Below, piece after piece: positions 39,292-52,794 of a stretch of DNA of 64,000 bases. The notes below the pieces were generated by a model, which saw only the letters and a list, made by a program, of their open reading frames with translations, was not told the origin of the DNA and did no database searches. Source of the stretch: Octopus vulgaris (Eukaryota); the NCBI GenBank assembly GCA_951406725.2, contig OX597821.1, positions 30,256,001 through 30,320,000 on the forward strand. The letters are read 5' to 3'. A program made the position numbers and the translations under genes. Positions within the stretch are counted from its first letter, which is position 1. Each line of letters begins with the position of its first letter.

Positions 39292-41711
39292 ATTATGAAC
39301 ACTGTTCCTACATTCAATCAAATTTTCAGAGATACACCCCTCTCACCTTATTTCTGGACGAAAATGCACACTCTGTTCATAAGATCGTCCATCTCCCTGT
39401 GCTTTCGAATGATCCATTCAAAACCATAACTAAACCTCTACCTGAAGTATCGACCAGACTCTACTACGCTAGCAGTTTTTGCAGTAGCGCCTCGAAAATC
39501 AGGACACACAATTGCTGAGAGACTTTGACCGACCATGTTTCTTATTTAATTTTCGGATATGTTGCTATTTATTCTAACCACTGAGCAAACGTCACTGTAC
39601 GTTGAAAGTATTGAACGTTTCTAAAGGGTATCAAAATCGTCTGCTTCGGAACAAACACCTACTACCTATAATCAACTTCTTCGATCCAAACTTATTAGAG
39701 CAGCATATATCTCTATGATGTACTGGATTATATGAGGGGAAGTCTTAGCGGGAAATATCTGTTCAGGATATAGGCCTAGATTTGCTAATTACATCACCAA
39801 AAGCAATCACTAACCTCATTTCAAACGCCTATGCAAAAGTTATCAACTTGACATCCAGTTTATCTATAGGATGAACATTCTCCATTGCGTTACTCTTATT
39901 CGCATAGTTCCCCAACATTGCTGTCACATCTCATCTAAAATGGATAGAAATTTCCTTGTCTTGCTGGAATATGAACGTACGTCCAACAATATCGACTTAC
40001 TTTCCCGGTCTGGGAGCATTGTCTTTCCTTGTTATAATTATAATATTCGCTAGTGGAAACGGTGATAGACAGAAACAAAGTAAAATAATGATTGCGTTTT
40101 GAAAGCAGCACGCAAGACTGATAAAGAATGATTTATGTTTAAATCTAATACTTGGAGATAGAGACCTTATACATCTACAAATCTATTACAAAGGACATAC
40201 AGTAGGACTATAAAAATATCTAGTAAAAGATAAAATCTAAACAGATAAATAACAAAAAATTCTGTCTTCAAGGAAACCAATAAAGTCAGAATAGATAGAA
40301 ATAAATAGGAAACAGGAGAAATACTCTGCCAGTTATAGTCATTACATTATCCAGTATGTGTGTGCGTGTGTGTGCGTGTGTGTGCGTGTGTGTGTGTGCT
40401 TTTACGGTTGACAGTTAATAAATCTCGATCAATAAATGAGTAAAATACGTCTACTCTTCTAAAATATTCTATTTGCGCATGAGCAATGTATTGTGGGTCA
40501 CTCAAGAGTTACACACAATAAAGGATGCACAGTGGTAATGGGAGAAAATGTATCCATCACTGTGAATACTGAATACTTCCAGCGTTAGAACTTCTTATTA
40601 TCCATATTATAACGTCTATAAAATTGAATATACATGTTAGTATCCATTTATCTTTTGTCCGCATTTTCCTAGAACGGCCATTCCCGTTGCAGATACGTTG
40701 AGCATTGGGTGGAGGCATTTGTCTCGATCACAAACAAATCTTCTTAATTCTACTCTCCACTCTCAAAAGGAAGAACAGCAAACCCCGTCCCAGTGAGATT
40801 CGATCATAAAATACGGCGTCTCAGAATTATCTAATGCTTTTCTCTACGTCTTTTTATTGCAGTAATCATTATCAAATTTTAATAGAGTTACCAATTTATT
40901 TATTTATTTATTTATTTATCTATTTTTGTTTTAGTTCAGTGAATGTCATTTCCTATTTGCTTCTATTGAGAAACCAAAAGAAATAAGTACTATTTCCTTC
41001 AAACTGCTTTTGTGACTGGCCATCGATTTTTGGAAAGTGACCTATTTTCCATTTCACTTCGGCCCGATTCAGCGCTGAGTTGCTGAAGCAGAAATATAGT
41101 TATAGCAAATATTCTGCTCAATACCACAGATTTGCTTGACAGTTGCTTGACGTTATCCACTAAAGCATGTCCCTTAATAGGTGGAAAAACGTGCATCTCT
41201 GATGATCATCACGAATAATGGAGGAGCGTCATAGCCATATGTTGAGAGGGGTACTTTGCGGCTTGAAGAGTTATAAGAAAAGCAAAGTTTGAAGGAAATA
41301 TTGACCATTTTTCATACGTTCTCTGGGTAAGTAAGTAGGAGATAGCTGTTACTCCCCAAAGAAAAATGTAATGTGAAATAAAACTCACTTCTACAGTAAC
41401 CCATGAGTTCAATTAACAACCAAGGTCTTGATAAACTTATGAATTCCACGTTCTGCATGTGAGGCTCGTAGGAATTAAATAGATATTTAATTTTTCATTC
41501 TAATCGTTTCTTAATGGGACTGCATCTCAACCTTAAAATCCTGGTTAGATTGTGTTAACGCCCTGTTACGGGGTTTTGAAGCAGGCTGGAATAAACTTAA
41601 ATTAAATATATCCTTGATTCTGGATAATTGACGAAGCTTTGACATAGAAATAAAAGACAAATAACAAGTTTAAATAATATATGAATCAATAAATTAATAA
41701 ATGAAATTTAT

Positions 41712-42126
41712 AGGCGTAGGAGTGGCTGTGTGGTAAGTAGCTTGCTTACAAGCTACATGGTTCCGGGTTCAGTTCTATTGCGTGGTACCTTGGGCAAGTG
41801 TCTTCTACTATAGTCTAGGGCCAATCAAAGCCTTATGAGTGGATTTGGTAGACGGAAACTGAAAGAAGCCTGTCGTATATATGTATAATATATATGTGTG
41901 TGTGTTTGTGTATATGTTTGTGTGCCTGTATCTGTACCCGCCAGCATCGCTTAACAACCGATGCTGGTGTGTTTACGTCCTTGTAACTTAGCGGTTCGGC
42001 AAAAGAGACCGATAGAATAAGTACTAGGCTTACAAAGAATAAGTCGATTTGCTCGACTAAAGGCGGTGCTCCAGCATGGCCACAGTCAAATGACTGAAAC
42101 AAGTAAAAGGGAAAAAGAGTAAAAGA
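41712..42126 (+). mobile_element. SINE family A
   Basis: Full match to the family. Confidence 0.9.
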
Positions 42127-42276
42127 GAAATATAAATTAAATAAAAATGAATAAGATATAAATAAATCTAAGTAAAATGGTAAATAAATTTAACAGAAAT
42201 AATTAAAATACAAATAAGAAGTATATCTTATCTGTTAGTTTTGAGAATGTTTCCCTGAACGCTTTTGAATCTCATT

Positions 42277-42860
42277 TGCATACGCGCACCCCACGCGCGC
42301 GCGCACGCACACACTCACGCGCGCGCAACCACACACGCACACATACACCACAAACACACACAGGTATACACACACAGACAGATAAAAACACAGACAAATA
42401 TACATACACACATATACACGCGCTCACACACAAAAAAAGAAACGAACACACACGCGCACAGACATACGCACAGACACAGACACACGCACATACACACAAA
42501 TGCGCGCGCATACACACACGCAACCACACACGCACACATACACCACAGACATACACAGGTATACACACACAGACAGATAAAAACACAGACAAATATACAT
42601 ACACACATACACACACGCTCACACACAAACAAAGAAACGAAAAGACACATACACGCACAGACACACACACGCACAGACACACACACGCACAGACACAAAC
42701 ACGCACAGACACACACGAGCACATACACACAAACATACGCTCACACACAAACAAAAGAAAAGAACAGGCACACACACGCACAGACACAGACACGAGCACA
42801 TACACACAAATGCGCGCGCATAGACACACACACAAACGAACGCGGACACACACACACACA
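42277..42860. repeat. CA-rich compound repeat with a higher-order duplication of about 195 bp
   Basis: gcaaccacacacgcacacatacaccac...cagataaaaacacagac at about 42325 and 42520. Confidence 0.85.
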
Positions 42861-43172
42861 AGCAAAATTCTCACACTAAAACGCAACTGAAAGTAACGTA
42901 AATTATGATAAGACCGTCATATATTACAATAACTGTAACATAGGTCAAATGTTGACAGAATTCACGAACAGCTTAGAAAAAGAAACATATTTTACTCAAT
43001 AATTGAACAAGATTTATCAACTCTCAACCGTAACCCCACCCCTACACGCACACTGGAAACTGTAATGACCTCTGAGTATTTCTCCTCTCTTTCCTGTTTA
43101 TTTCTATTTTTTCTGTCTTTACTGGTCTCCTTGAAGGCAGCATCGTTTGCTAGATATCTCTTTAGGTTTTAA

Positions 43173-43488
43173 CTGGAATTATTGACGGAATACGCCGTTC
43201 TATTTAACACTAGATTTTAGGTGCCTGAAATAAAGTTCATTTTCTCAAAAGAAGAATTCAGGCTAAATCCGCTTGCCTGGAATTATTGACGGAATACACC
43301 GTTCTATTTAACACTAGATTTTAGGTGTCTGAAATAGAGTTAATTTTCTCAAAAGAAGAATTCAGGCTAAATCCGCTTGCCTGGAATTATTGACGGAATA
43401 CACCGTTCTATTTAACACTAGATTTTAGGTGTCTGAAATAGAGTTAATTTTCTCAAAAGAAGAATTCAGGCTAAGTCCGCTGGTCTGG
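43173..43488. repeat. 104-bp tandem repeat, 3 copies
   Basis: ctggaattattgacggaatac starts at 43173, 43277 and 43381. Confidence 0.95.
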
Positions 43489-44211
43489 TGTTGACCTCTA
43501 ACCATTAGATGACCTGATAAAACTGTAATGGTAACTGCCAGTAGTCTCCTCTTATGAAAAAAGTAGAAACTCAAACGAAGTTGTGTATTGAAATTCAATG
43601 GATTCTACTTATACTTATTCCCCTGGTTCTTCGCCGAATGAAAAACTGATGAATTTGCTGAAAATTTATATTCTGGAATTAATTTTGAATCAAGGATTTA
43701 TCTACTTTTCTTGTTTGATCCAGCTTGCTTTAAAAAAAGGGTAACAGGGCTTTGAAACAATCTAACTATAATTTTAAGGTTCAGATACAATCCGTTTAAT
43801 TTTGAAAATACAAAAAATCGCATTATTTATAGGATGGCACAATGTATATGTATATATTTATATGTGTGAGTGCGTGCGTATGTATGTATATATGTGTGTG
43901 TATACATACATGCATACATATATATATGGTGGGGAATTCACAAAAAGCAAAAGACGAAGACAGGTATATCTATGAACATTATATATATATCAAGTATTAT
44001 ATGCACACACACACTTTTAATTTCGTAGTTCTAGGCTAGAATCTAAAGTAATTATCATTAAAACTAATGATTGTTTTCTCATTTTGTATATATTTTAATT
44101 TCAAATAATATTAAAAAATATCGAGCGACTCTCTAATGTAATAATTTTAGAAAATTAGATCACTGACAATGTTAGTTTAGTTGTGCATAAGTGTGTGTGT
44201 GTGTGTGTGTG

Positions 44212-44253
<42 letters not shown>

Positions 44254-44360
44254 TAACAATATATATATATATATTTATTTATTTATGTATGTATGTATTT
44301 ATATATATGTTTTGATATGTACATTTATATATATATATATATATCGATATACATAACCAT

Positions 44361-44416
<56 letters not shown>

Positions 44417-45404
44417 TGATATGTACACATATATATATATACATGTGTGTGTATATATGTACACACTCATAGAAGCACGAGTATGTGTGTATATATATGT
44501 CTGTTTGTGTGTGTGTGTGTGAGTGTGTTTGGCTTTGGCCAGGAACTGTATGAAATCAAATCTAAAAATAATGACTCCAAAATACAAATTCTTTCCCTAT
44601 ATCTTTCTTATTAATGCCAGTTGAATCCGATACCGAAAGCAATATTCTGCGTTGTTCCTGGGACAGCCAAAGCAATGTGATTGAAGATACTAAAATATTC
44701 ACAATATTCTATTACATTTACATTATTTACATTATTTATGTTATATCAGTATTTAAAGCATTCAAAGAAATTTATAGTTATTTCTTATGTTTTTGAGAAA
44801 AATACTTTTTCTTCATCTATTATTTTTGATATTTTACTTGTTTCAGTCGTTAGACGGCGGCCATGCTGAGGCACCGCCAAGAAGAATTTTTAGTAAAATG
44901 AATCGATTCCAGTAGTTAATTTTATTAATCCTGGTACTTGTTCTATCCGTGTCATTTAACGAGCTGCTAAGTTACGAGATCGTAGACATAGTAATACAGT
45001 CTGTCATGTGTTTATGGGTGGATAGACATAGAAACAAAGACACACATACAAACACACGCCCACCCTCTTCGCCATATATAGAATAGGTTTCTTTACTTTT
45101 CTGTCTACCAAATCCACTCTGATGCTTTGATCAATTTGAGTCTATAGTAGAAGACACTTACTCACGATGCCAAGCAGCAGACCTTGGACTTTGTGGTTGG
45201 AAACTATGTGGATGGGAACCATTTGGTTGGGAATCAAGCTTCTTTACATTTGTCCTCAATTTGTTCTTTATTTGTCCTCATTATGTTTGTTGTTAACACA
45301 ACGTAGGCATATGACGTAGCGGTTAAAAGCGCAGGCTACTAAGCCCAAGTTTCCGAGTGCGATTCCAGGCAGTGACCTGATTTATAATAATAATAATAAT
45401 AATG

Positions 45405-45474
<70 letters not shown>

Positions 45475-45478
<4 letters not shown>

Positions 45479-45606
45479 AAGTACAAAACCAAATATATGG
45501 CACCCTAGACATAACACCAACATGAACTTCCAACTTGTTGTCTCTTGAGGTCTTTGGGTGAGACTTGGAGCCATCTTGTGCAAATGTAAAGCAAAAGTCA
45601 AACATA

Positions 45607-45608
<2 letters not shown>
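45475..45608 (+). mobile_element. Probable 3' UTR fragment of an R4/Dong-type element inserted in (TAA)n
   Basis: Unique 130-bp segment flanked by (TAA)n on both sides and absent from the second hammerhead-SINE copy; weak similarity to the 62690-62750 tail. Confidence 0.5.
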
Positions 45609-45699
<91 letters not shown>

Positions 45700-45750
45700 C
45701 AACAACAACATCGAAAAATACCTTAAGAATGAGAAGCCAGGTTTCCCCAA

Positions 45751-45796
45751 GACACCTGATGATGGCTGGAGAGTATATCAGTCGAAACGTCGTGTT
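45751..45796 (+). ncRNA. Minimal type I hammerhead with CUGAUGA/GAAA/GUC; predicted cleavage after 45791
   Basis: gacac-CTGATGA-t-ggctgg(agagtata)tcagtc-GAAAC-GTC-gtgtt. Confidence 0.8.
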
Positions 45797-46054
45797 AACA
45801 ACAAAAAAGATGAGGACAAATATTCGACAAATGTAAATAATGTAAGTAATGTACATAATTCTTCATCTCTCAAATATAGAACAGCAAGCTTCTTACCTCA
45901 GAGCAAGTCCTACGCCTGTTTGCAATAAATAAAGAAAATGTCGGATTGCAACATTTTTCAAAATAAAAATGGAGAGAATTTAAGTAAAATCTAAATGTGT
46001 TGCAGAATGTACCATTGGCTAAACTTCTGAAGTGACTCTGACGAACTGGTTGCA

Positions 46055-46447
46055 GGTGGATGGATGGAAGCACTCCGTCGGTTACGACGACGAAGGTTCC
46101 GGTTGATCCGAATCAACGGAACAGCCTGCTCGTGAAATTAACGTGTAAGTGGCTGAGCACTCCACAGACACGTGTACCCTTAACGTAGTTCTCGGGGATA
46201 TTCAGCGTGACACAGAGAGTGACAAGGCCGGCCCTTGAAATACAGGTACAACAGAAACAGGAAGTAAGAGTGAGAGAAAGTTGTGGTGAAAGAGTACAGC
46301 AGGGATCACCACCATCCCTGCCGGAGCCTCGTGGAGCTTTAGGTGTTTTCGCTCAATAAACACTCACAACGCCCGGTCTGGGAATCGAAACCGCAATCCT
46401 ATGACCGCGAGTCCGCTGCCCTAACCACTGGGCCATTGCGCTTCCAC
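46055..46447 (-). mobile_element. SINE family C (tail type 3)
   Basis: Same head as 16151 with a different tail; ctggttgcagg occurs on both flanks (TSD-like). Confidence 0.9.
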
Positions 46448-48255
46448 TGGTTGCAGGTACAGCGAAAATAAAAAAGAAATGTATCTGGACACCATCTGTA
46501 GCGATTAAACTACTTTGGCCAATTACTTTATTCAAGGAGACAGTGAGAGAGTGAGAGAGTGAGATGGGTCAAGAAGGGGAGAGAAAGAAAGAATAATAAT
46601 TGCGAACTGGTCCGTGACTTGAAATGTTTTATGTACAAAAATTTCTTGAATTATTTTAAATATATTACATGTACAATTGTAGAATGAAGACAACGTTTCA
46701 GCATGCCTGACGAAGCAATTTGAGAGAGTTTTCCCTTAATCGATAATGGTGGGTGGCACTCGGATTTCCACTTTACTCTCTAAAGGAACAAGAAAAAAAA
46801 GCAAAGAAAATTTTTGTAGGAGCTAATCAGTTTATAAACGTGGATGGCAGGTGGTAATGAAAAAAAAAAAAAAAAAGAGATGCGTCAAATGGTTATTTGA
46901 ATTTCTGTGAGAAAGTGAACAGAATTAGAGTGCAGTTATTGTTAAATCACTTCACAAAAATACGCACATGTTCGTCTTAGAACAAAATTTTTATCACTGT
47001 GAGACATTTTCTTCTGCACTAAAAGTTATAATCTGTTTAAGATATTAGTTGAAAAGTGTCAGTGTTTCTATCTCTCTCTCTCTCACACACACGCACACAC
47101 ACACACACGCGCGCATTCTCTCTCTCTTTCTTTGAAGTAGATATTTATTCTAACGTAGTTTATTTACCTCAAATGGCGGTTTCTTTCTCTTTCTATCGGT
47201 AGGTGTAAATTTTCCATGATGTGTTCAGCATGAAAAACAATTAGGAGGTAATTGTCATTATTATTGTAAGGAAGACTCTTTTAATTATTGGAAAAATTAT
47301 CGGTAATGATCAGATTATTCTTAATTCTTAATTTTCAAAGTACTTTTAGTGAAAGTTGAGGGAAACAACAACAAATTCCCAACTGTTTAAAGTCAGTCAG
47401 TCACCGGCTGACACTCGCTGACGATACATTGAAGAGGCCAGGGAACAGAAGAAAGAAGAATGAAGACATGCACCCAACACTAGAGCTGAAGACACCTCCA
47501 AACGTGGGGGCCGCGCCACGTCAAAACGGTAGAGGAGTAGGGACCGAAACCGGACGTGGTTCCTCCTGATGATGTCTTGAGCTAACTGGATGCTATAAAG
47601 GAGCTGTTGTAGTAGCAGACCACGAAACACGGTTGTGATTCCTCCTAAATTGGAAGAATGCAGTGGGATGTGAAGTCAGATGCTTGATATTCAGGGAAAA
47701 ACACAGAACACGTTTTGGACTAATTGTACTTTCTCAGTGAAGCATAGTTATAATCGTACTCATCATACCTTAAAATCACTGAGTTTGCGCAGATTCGTTC
47801 ATAAGTATTTACACGAGAAATTTTAAAATTCCAGGGTGTGATTTTCGTACGCGGAATATCTAGATAAGTGGGGCATATTGCATTTAATGTTGTGAATAAT
47901 AATTGATAAATGAATTCAAATCACGCCAGTAATTAAACGAAACAACTTTCTTCCTAGCATGTAATTAAGTTGTGTCCTGGCTGATCTAGTAAAGGGCAAC
48001 GTATAAAATGATTTTGCCTCCTTTAGCTACGGTCCTCTGTGTTCAATTTTGAATCAGTAAGTGTCGCAGGTTATCACATAGTTGAGCTTCACAGTTTGAT
48101 TGTGGTGGGCCAGTGAATGTCAATGTAACAAAGAATAAAACAAAAGTAGAAGCAAATGGGACAGAAATCGCTATTCTAAAATTTCACGGGATACGATGGT
48201 GTGGGCAAAAACTGAAACGGAATATCCTATAATGAGAATGCTGAAGATATAACGA

Positions 48256-48317
<62 letters not shown>

Positions 48318-48332
48318 GTAATAGTAGTAGCA

Positions 48333-48400
<68 letters not shown>

Positions 48401-49311
48401 AACATAAAGTGACTAGCATGTATATGTACAAAAATATTCGTCCTTCGAGATATAATATCTAACTGCATGAACAGCGTAACAGAAATCATCTCGAAACTAA
48501 TAGAATTTTACTTCAGTTGTGGATTCATTATAACTAAGCGAGACTTTGGAATTTTGCCAGAAGAAATGTGTGAAATTGGGAAAGGTAATATCTTTGAAGA
48601 AGTCAAACATTTCGCTTTTGCTGAATGGTTCATCTTGGCGAAGTAACGAATAATTTATTACCTCGTTTTTCATTCTATACTCACTCTGTATTCATTTCTC
48701 AATACAAATTGTTGCAGGACTAAACTTTAAATTCTCTGTTGATTCGTATTCACTCACTGACACTATCGTATCAGTCGAATACGCACAACATAAAAAGAGC
48801 GAAACACCTCACTCGCAAATTCATCATTCTACACTTTTCGAATGAAAAAAAAAAGAAAGAAGGGAAAAAACGATAGAATACTTTAAACTGTAAAAGAATA
48901 TAAAAAATATGAAGCTTTATTTATTCACTAAACAATCTCCCAAAATCAGTCAGTTGTGAATTGTACCATTTGTTAGGGATTTGGTTCCTCACAAAACGCA
49001 CATCCTTAATTAGTTTTACAAATAACTCCATTTATAAAACACCTTTCTTAAAGCAACCTTTAGAACATTACACAGAGGCAGAAATCAAATGCTTTCTCCA
49101 CCTAACAAATAAGCTCTAGACAATTCAATAGACTGCATCTCTATCACTTATTATTACCAAAAGTACAAAGTCAAAATTAGAAAGAATATAGATTAAAAAG
49201 AAAAACAATAAAGAAGCCAAAATAAAGCGCACCCTAGCAATAATTGCAAACCAAAGAAAAGCAAAACGAATAAGCATTAGAGGTCTCATATGCTCAAAGA
49301 GGTACACGCCT

Positions 49312-49369
<58 letters not shown>

Positions 49370-49463
49370 CATACACGTTCTAGTTTTATGCAAACGTTGC
49401 ACTTGGATCCATCCCTGGGCTGGATGTACAGTTTGGATTGGATTGGGTACATACGTGTGGGTA

Positions 49464-49536
<73 letters not shown>

Positions 49537-49596
49537 GTCTATCTATCTATCTATGTATCTATCTATCTATCTATCTCTCTATATATATACATACAT

Positions 49597-49763
49597 ATTA
49601 TTTACATTATTTACATTTGACGGATATTTGTCCTCATCTTTGTTGTTAAGACAACGTTTCGTCTGATATACCCTCCAGGCTTCATCAGGTGTCTTGGGGA
49701 AATTCCGAACCTGGTTCTCATTCTCAGGTATTTTTGGATGTTGTTGTTGTTACTGTTATTATC

Positions 49764-49795
<32 letters not shown>

Positions 49796-49870
49796 TCAGG
49801 TCATTGCCTGGAATCAAACTAGGAATCTTGGGGTTAGTAGCCCGCGCTCTTAACCCCTACGCCATATGCC
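49597..49870 (-). mobile_element. tRNA-headed hammerhead SINE, second copy
   Basis: Minus strand: ggcatatggcgtaggggttaagagcgcgggctactaaccccaagattcctagtttgattccagg-(TAA)n-hammerhead-tail. Confidence 0.8.
49648..49693 (-). ncRNA. Minimal type I hammerhead
   Basis: Minus strand: gacac-CTGATGA-a-gcctgg(agggtata)tcagac-GAAAC-GTT-gtctt. Confidence 0.7.
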
Positions 49871-50007
49871 GGTGGGTATATACTTATACATATATACATA
49901 TATATGAATATATGAATATATTTCCATATATATACACATATACACGGAAAGATAAATAACTATATATATAAATTAAATTAACAGAATGAGATTTAAAAAA
50001 TCCAAGG

Positions 50008-50056
50008 GTATGAAAGCTGTTTCCTTGATATTATATATATCCCTTCATCAAAGACG
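50008..50056 (-). ncRNA. Degenerate hammerhead of the 39090 family
   Basis: Minus strand: cgtct-TTGATGA-agggatat...atatcaag-GAAAC-agct-TTC. Confidence 0.4.
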
Positions 50057-50273
50057 GTGTGACAAAATGGTAAAGCAATAGTTATTATAGAGAAAATATA
50101 TAAAATACAGAGTGGAGTGAATGATAGAAAACAGAAGTGAGATACGTACGGATATTGTATCGGCTGTTGCATTATTTGAGCAGAATGGTGTATATATAAG
50201 TTTCCAGTACCTTCTGTGTGGGTTCCAATGTTTCTTATAATTGGTCTTCTTGACACCATTACCTCTCATAACC

Positions 50274-50345
<72 letters not shown>

Positions 50346-50353
50346 CTTGTGTG

Positions 50354-50610
50354 AAGGCGCGTGGCTTAGTGGAAAGGATATTAGGCTTATGATCGTAATG
50401 TCGTGAGTTCAATTCCCGGCGGCGCGTTGTGACGTTGAGCAAGACACGTTACCCTAATCAACTCAGCTGATAAAAATGGGCATTACCTGTATTTCAAAGG
50501 CCCAGTCTCCTCACGCTGAATCTCTCGGAGAACTACGTTGACGTTACATATGTTTCTGGAGTGCTTAGTCACTAGCATGTTGATTTCACGAGCAAGCTCT
50601 TGCGTTGATC
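50354..50610 (+). mobile_element. SINE related to family C tail type 3, diverged
   Basis: tRNA head plus cacgctgaatctctcggagaactacgtt. Confidence 0.7.
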
Positions 50611-50689
50611 TGATATGTATATACATTCTTTTTCTTTTGTTCACGGTCAATTACAGAAGTTTTAAGAAGAGACATCTATCAATTTCAAT

Positions 50690-50945
50690 GAAGTACAAAA
50701 CTATAACATCCTTTGAAGCGGGATCCTCTAACTTCAATGCACTGGTAGCATTCCTCCCACTCAGTAAACAAACCACGGAAGCTCTACAAATGTAAAAATG
50801 TCTTATGACTCTTTCATATTCCCAATTTTTTTATGAACACCCACATCTTAAGATGTTTCTTCGCCTTGAAGAACAACCAAAACTCAAAGGCGGCAAGGTT
50901 TGAAGTGAAGGTTTTGTGAGGAAAAGTTTGGAAGCTTATTCTCTA
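50690..50945 (-). pseudogene. Decayed mariner transposase C-terminus
   Basis: Minus-strand FTSNLAAFEFWLFFKAKKHLK resembles YSPDLAPxDFWLFPKLKxxL. Confidence 0.55.
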
Positions 50946-51721
50946 TCAAGTAATTGTTTGCCATGATGGAATCAGGGGCTGGTGCATTCTCCTACTGAAG
51001 GGGCTTTTCGACGAAATCCCTTCTTGAACTAACAAAATCCTCCACAAAGTTCTCGTTATAGACGACGTCCTTGTTGCGATGAGCGTGCTGGGCGATGATA
51101 AATAAAAGCGCAACGTTAATACCAGTTCGAATATGCTAAGGTCACGTTCGAACTTGCAAAGGATCCATTCACCGTATTTTGTAATGGACAATATTTCTCG
51201 TTGTAGACATACAGTGTAAAGTACACCCAAATCAGCTCCTACCGCCACCTATCTAGAATCTGGAGTGTAGGCGCTGCGAGCTACTATGTCTACATAAGTC
51301 TACAGCGATAAATTATCTCCATGACAAAACACGGTGAATAGGTTGTTTACAACTCTGAACGTGCTAAGAGCATATTCAAACTGGTATTAATATGGTATCC
51401 CTGCTATCGTAAAAGATGCGCAGCATGAGCATCCCGGTGGACTGAGCTGATCGGCTCCTACAAGTTAATCAGTAAAAGTCTATTAGATGTTCCTGTAGCG
51501 TTTTTGTTTAGTTCAACACAAAATGTTATTGCATAGAGAGCTTCCAAATTGTCTTCGCATCCAGACTGCAATCTGCAAATTAATCACCTTTTGGCGAGTA
51601 GTGTTTAGGAGGAAGCTTTGAAAGTGTTGTGACAGCCGTCGTCTCTTTCAATCTGGAATAACAACAGTTGGCAGGTCAGCTTGATAGGTACAAGGAAATA
51701 TATAGAAATTATATATATATA

Positions 51722-51897
51722 GGCGCAGGAGTGGCTGTGTGGTAATTAGCTTGCTTACCAACCACATGGTTCTGGGTTCAGTCCCACTGTGTGGCACCTT
51801 GGGCAAGTGTCTTTTACTATAGTCTCGGACCAAAACCTTGTTAGTGGATTTGGTAGACGGAAACTGAAAGAAGCCCGTCGTATATATGTATCTTATA

Positions 51898-51939
<42 letters not shown>

Positions 51940-52142
51940 CTGTGTTTGTCCCAACATCGCTTGACAACCGATGCTGGCGTGTTTACGTCCCCATAACTTA
52001 GCGGCTCGGCAAAAAGAGAACGGTAGAATAAGTACTAGGCTTACAAAGAATAAGTCCCTGGGTCGAGTTGCTCGACTAAAGGCGGAGCTCCAGGATGGCC
52101 GCAGTCAAATTACTGAAACAAGTAAAACTGTAAAGAGTAAAG
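51722..52142 (+). mobile_element. SINE family A
   Basis: Full match to the family. Confidence 0.9.
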
Positions 52143-52794
52143 AATATATGCTGAAAATACAATAGTTAAGGACAGTTATATTTGCCTCTCCGAAAGAAAT
52201 CTCAAAACTTCAGGAAAATACACTGCACAGACACATACCCACACATACACACACACCCGCCCATATACACTGATGCTTACACAGACGCGCGGGCACACAT
52301 AAAGAAACACACTGACACACGTACACAAGCACACACAAACGTACACACACATACACTCATGCACACACACTACACCCGTACAAACTTGCATACACACAAT
52401 CATGCGCGCACACACACATATATATGCTATGGTATTCGGATTATACTTCTACCATGAATCGGGCGGTTTTAATTTTCCACTCATTTGAGTTTTCCTTTGG
52501 CTTAAATATACTGTCAAGGAGAAAAGCGGTTTATGTACGATTATCCCCCTCTAATTACCCTCTTTAGCGTTTTGGCGACTATAAAACCCAATGTACCTCC
52601 CCGCCCTCACAACAGTAAGTTATAATTTTAAAGAGATTTTGTTGATAATAGTTGTAGACGGTCTGACCAAAATGTGTTCAACAGTTCACTCCTTTGCTTT
52701 TCTCTAATTTGTATAACAATTTATATATATGAAAGCTTATTTTTTTCAGTTTACTTTCAGGAAAGTTTGTGATAGAATTAAGTATATATAGTTA

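Larger units (their letters stand above)
45306..45880 (+). mobile_element. tRNA-headed SINE carrying a hammerhead ribozyme, with a nested insert in its internal (TAA)n
   Basis: tRNA-like head 45306-45380, (TAA)n, hammerhead 45751-45796; homologous to 49597-49870. Confidence 0.8.
44833..45915 (-). mobile_element. SINE family A split by a nested hammerhead-SINE insertion
   Basis: Body at 44833-45245, remaining head at 45883-45915; caagcttct(t)tac duplicated at both junctions. Confidence 0.7.

Noticed and set aside
42265-42890. 204-aa His/Thr-rich and Cys/Val-rich ORFs
   Set aside because: Translations of a CA-rich compound repeat
45306-45380. Possible tRNA gene
   Set aside because: Degenerate cloverleaf that continues into a repeated element, so a SINE head
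46685-46716. aacgtttc / ctgacgaag hammerhead-like words
   Set aside because: Half motifs lie on opposite strands and in the wrong order
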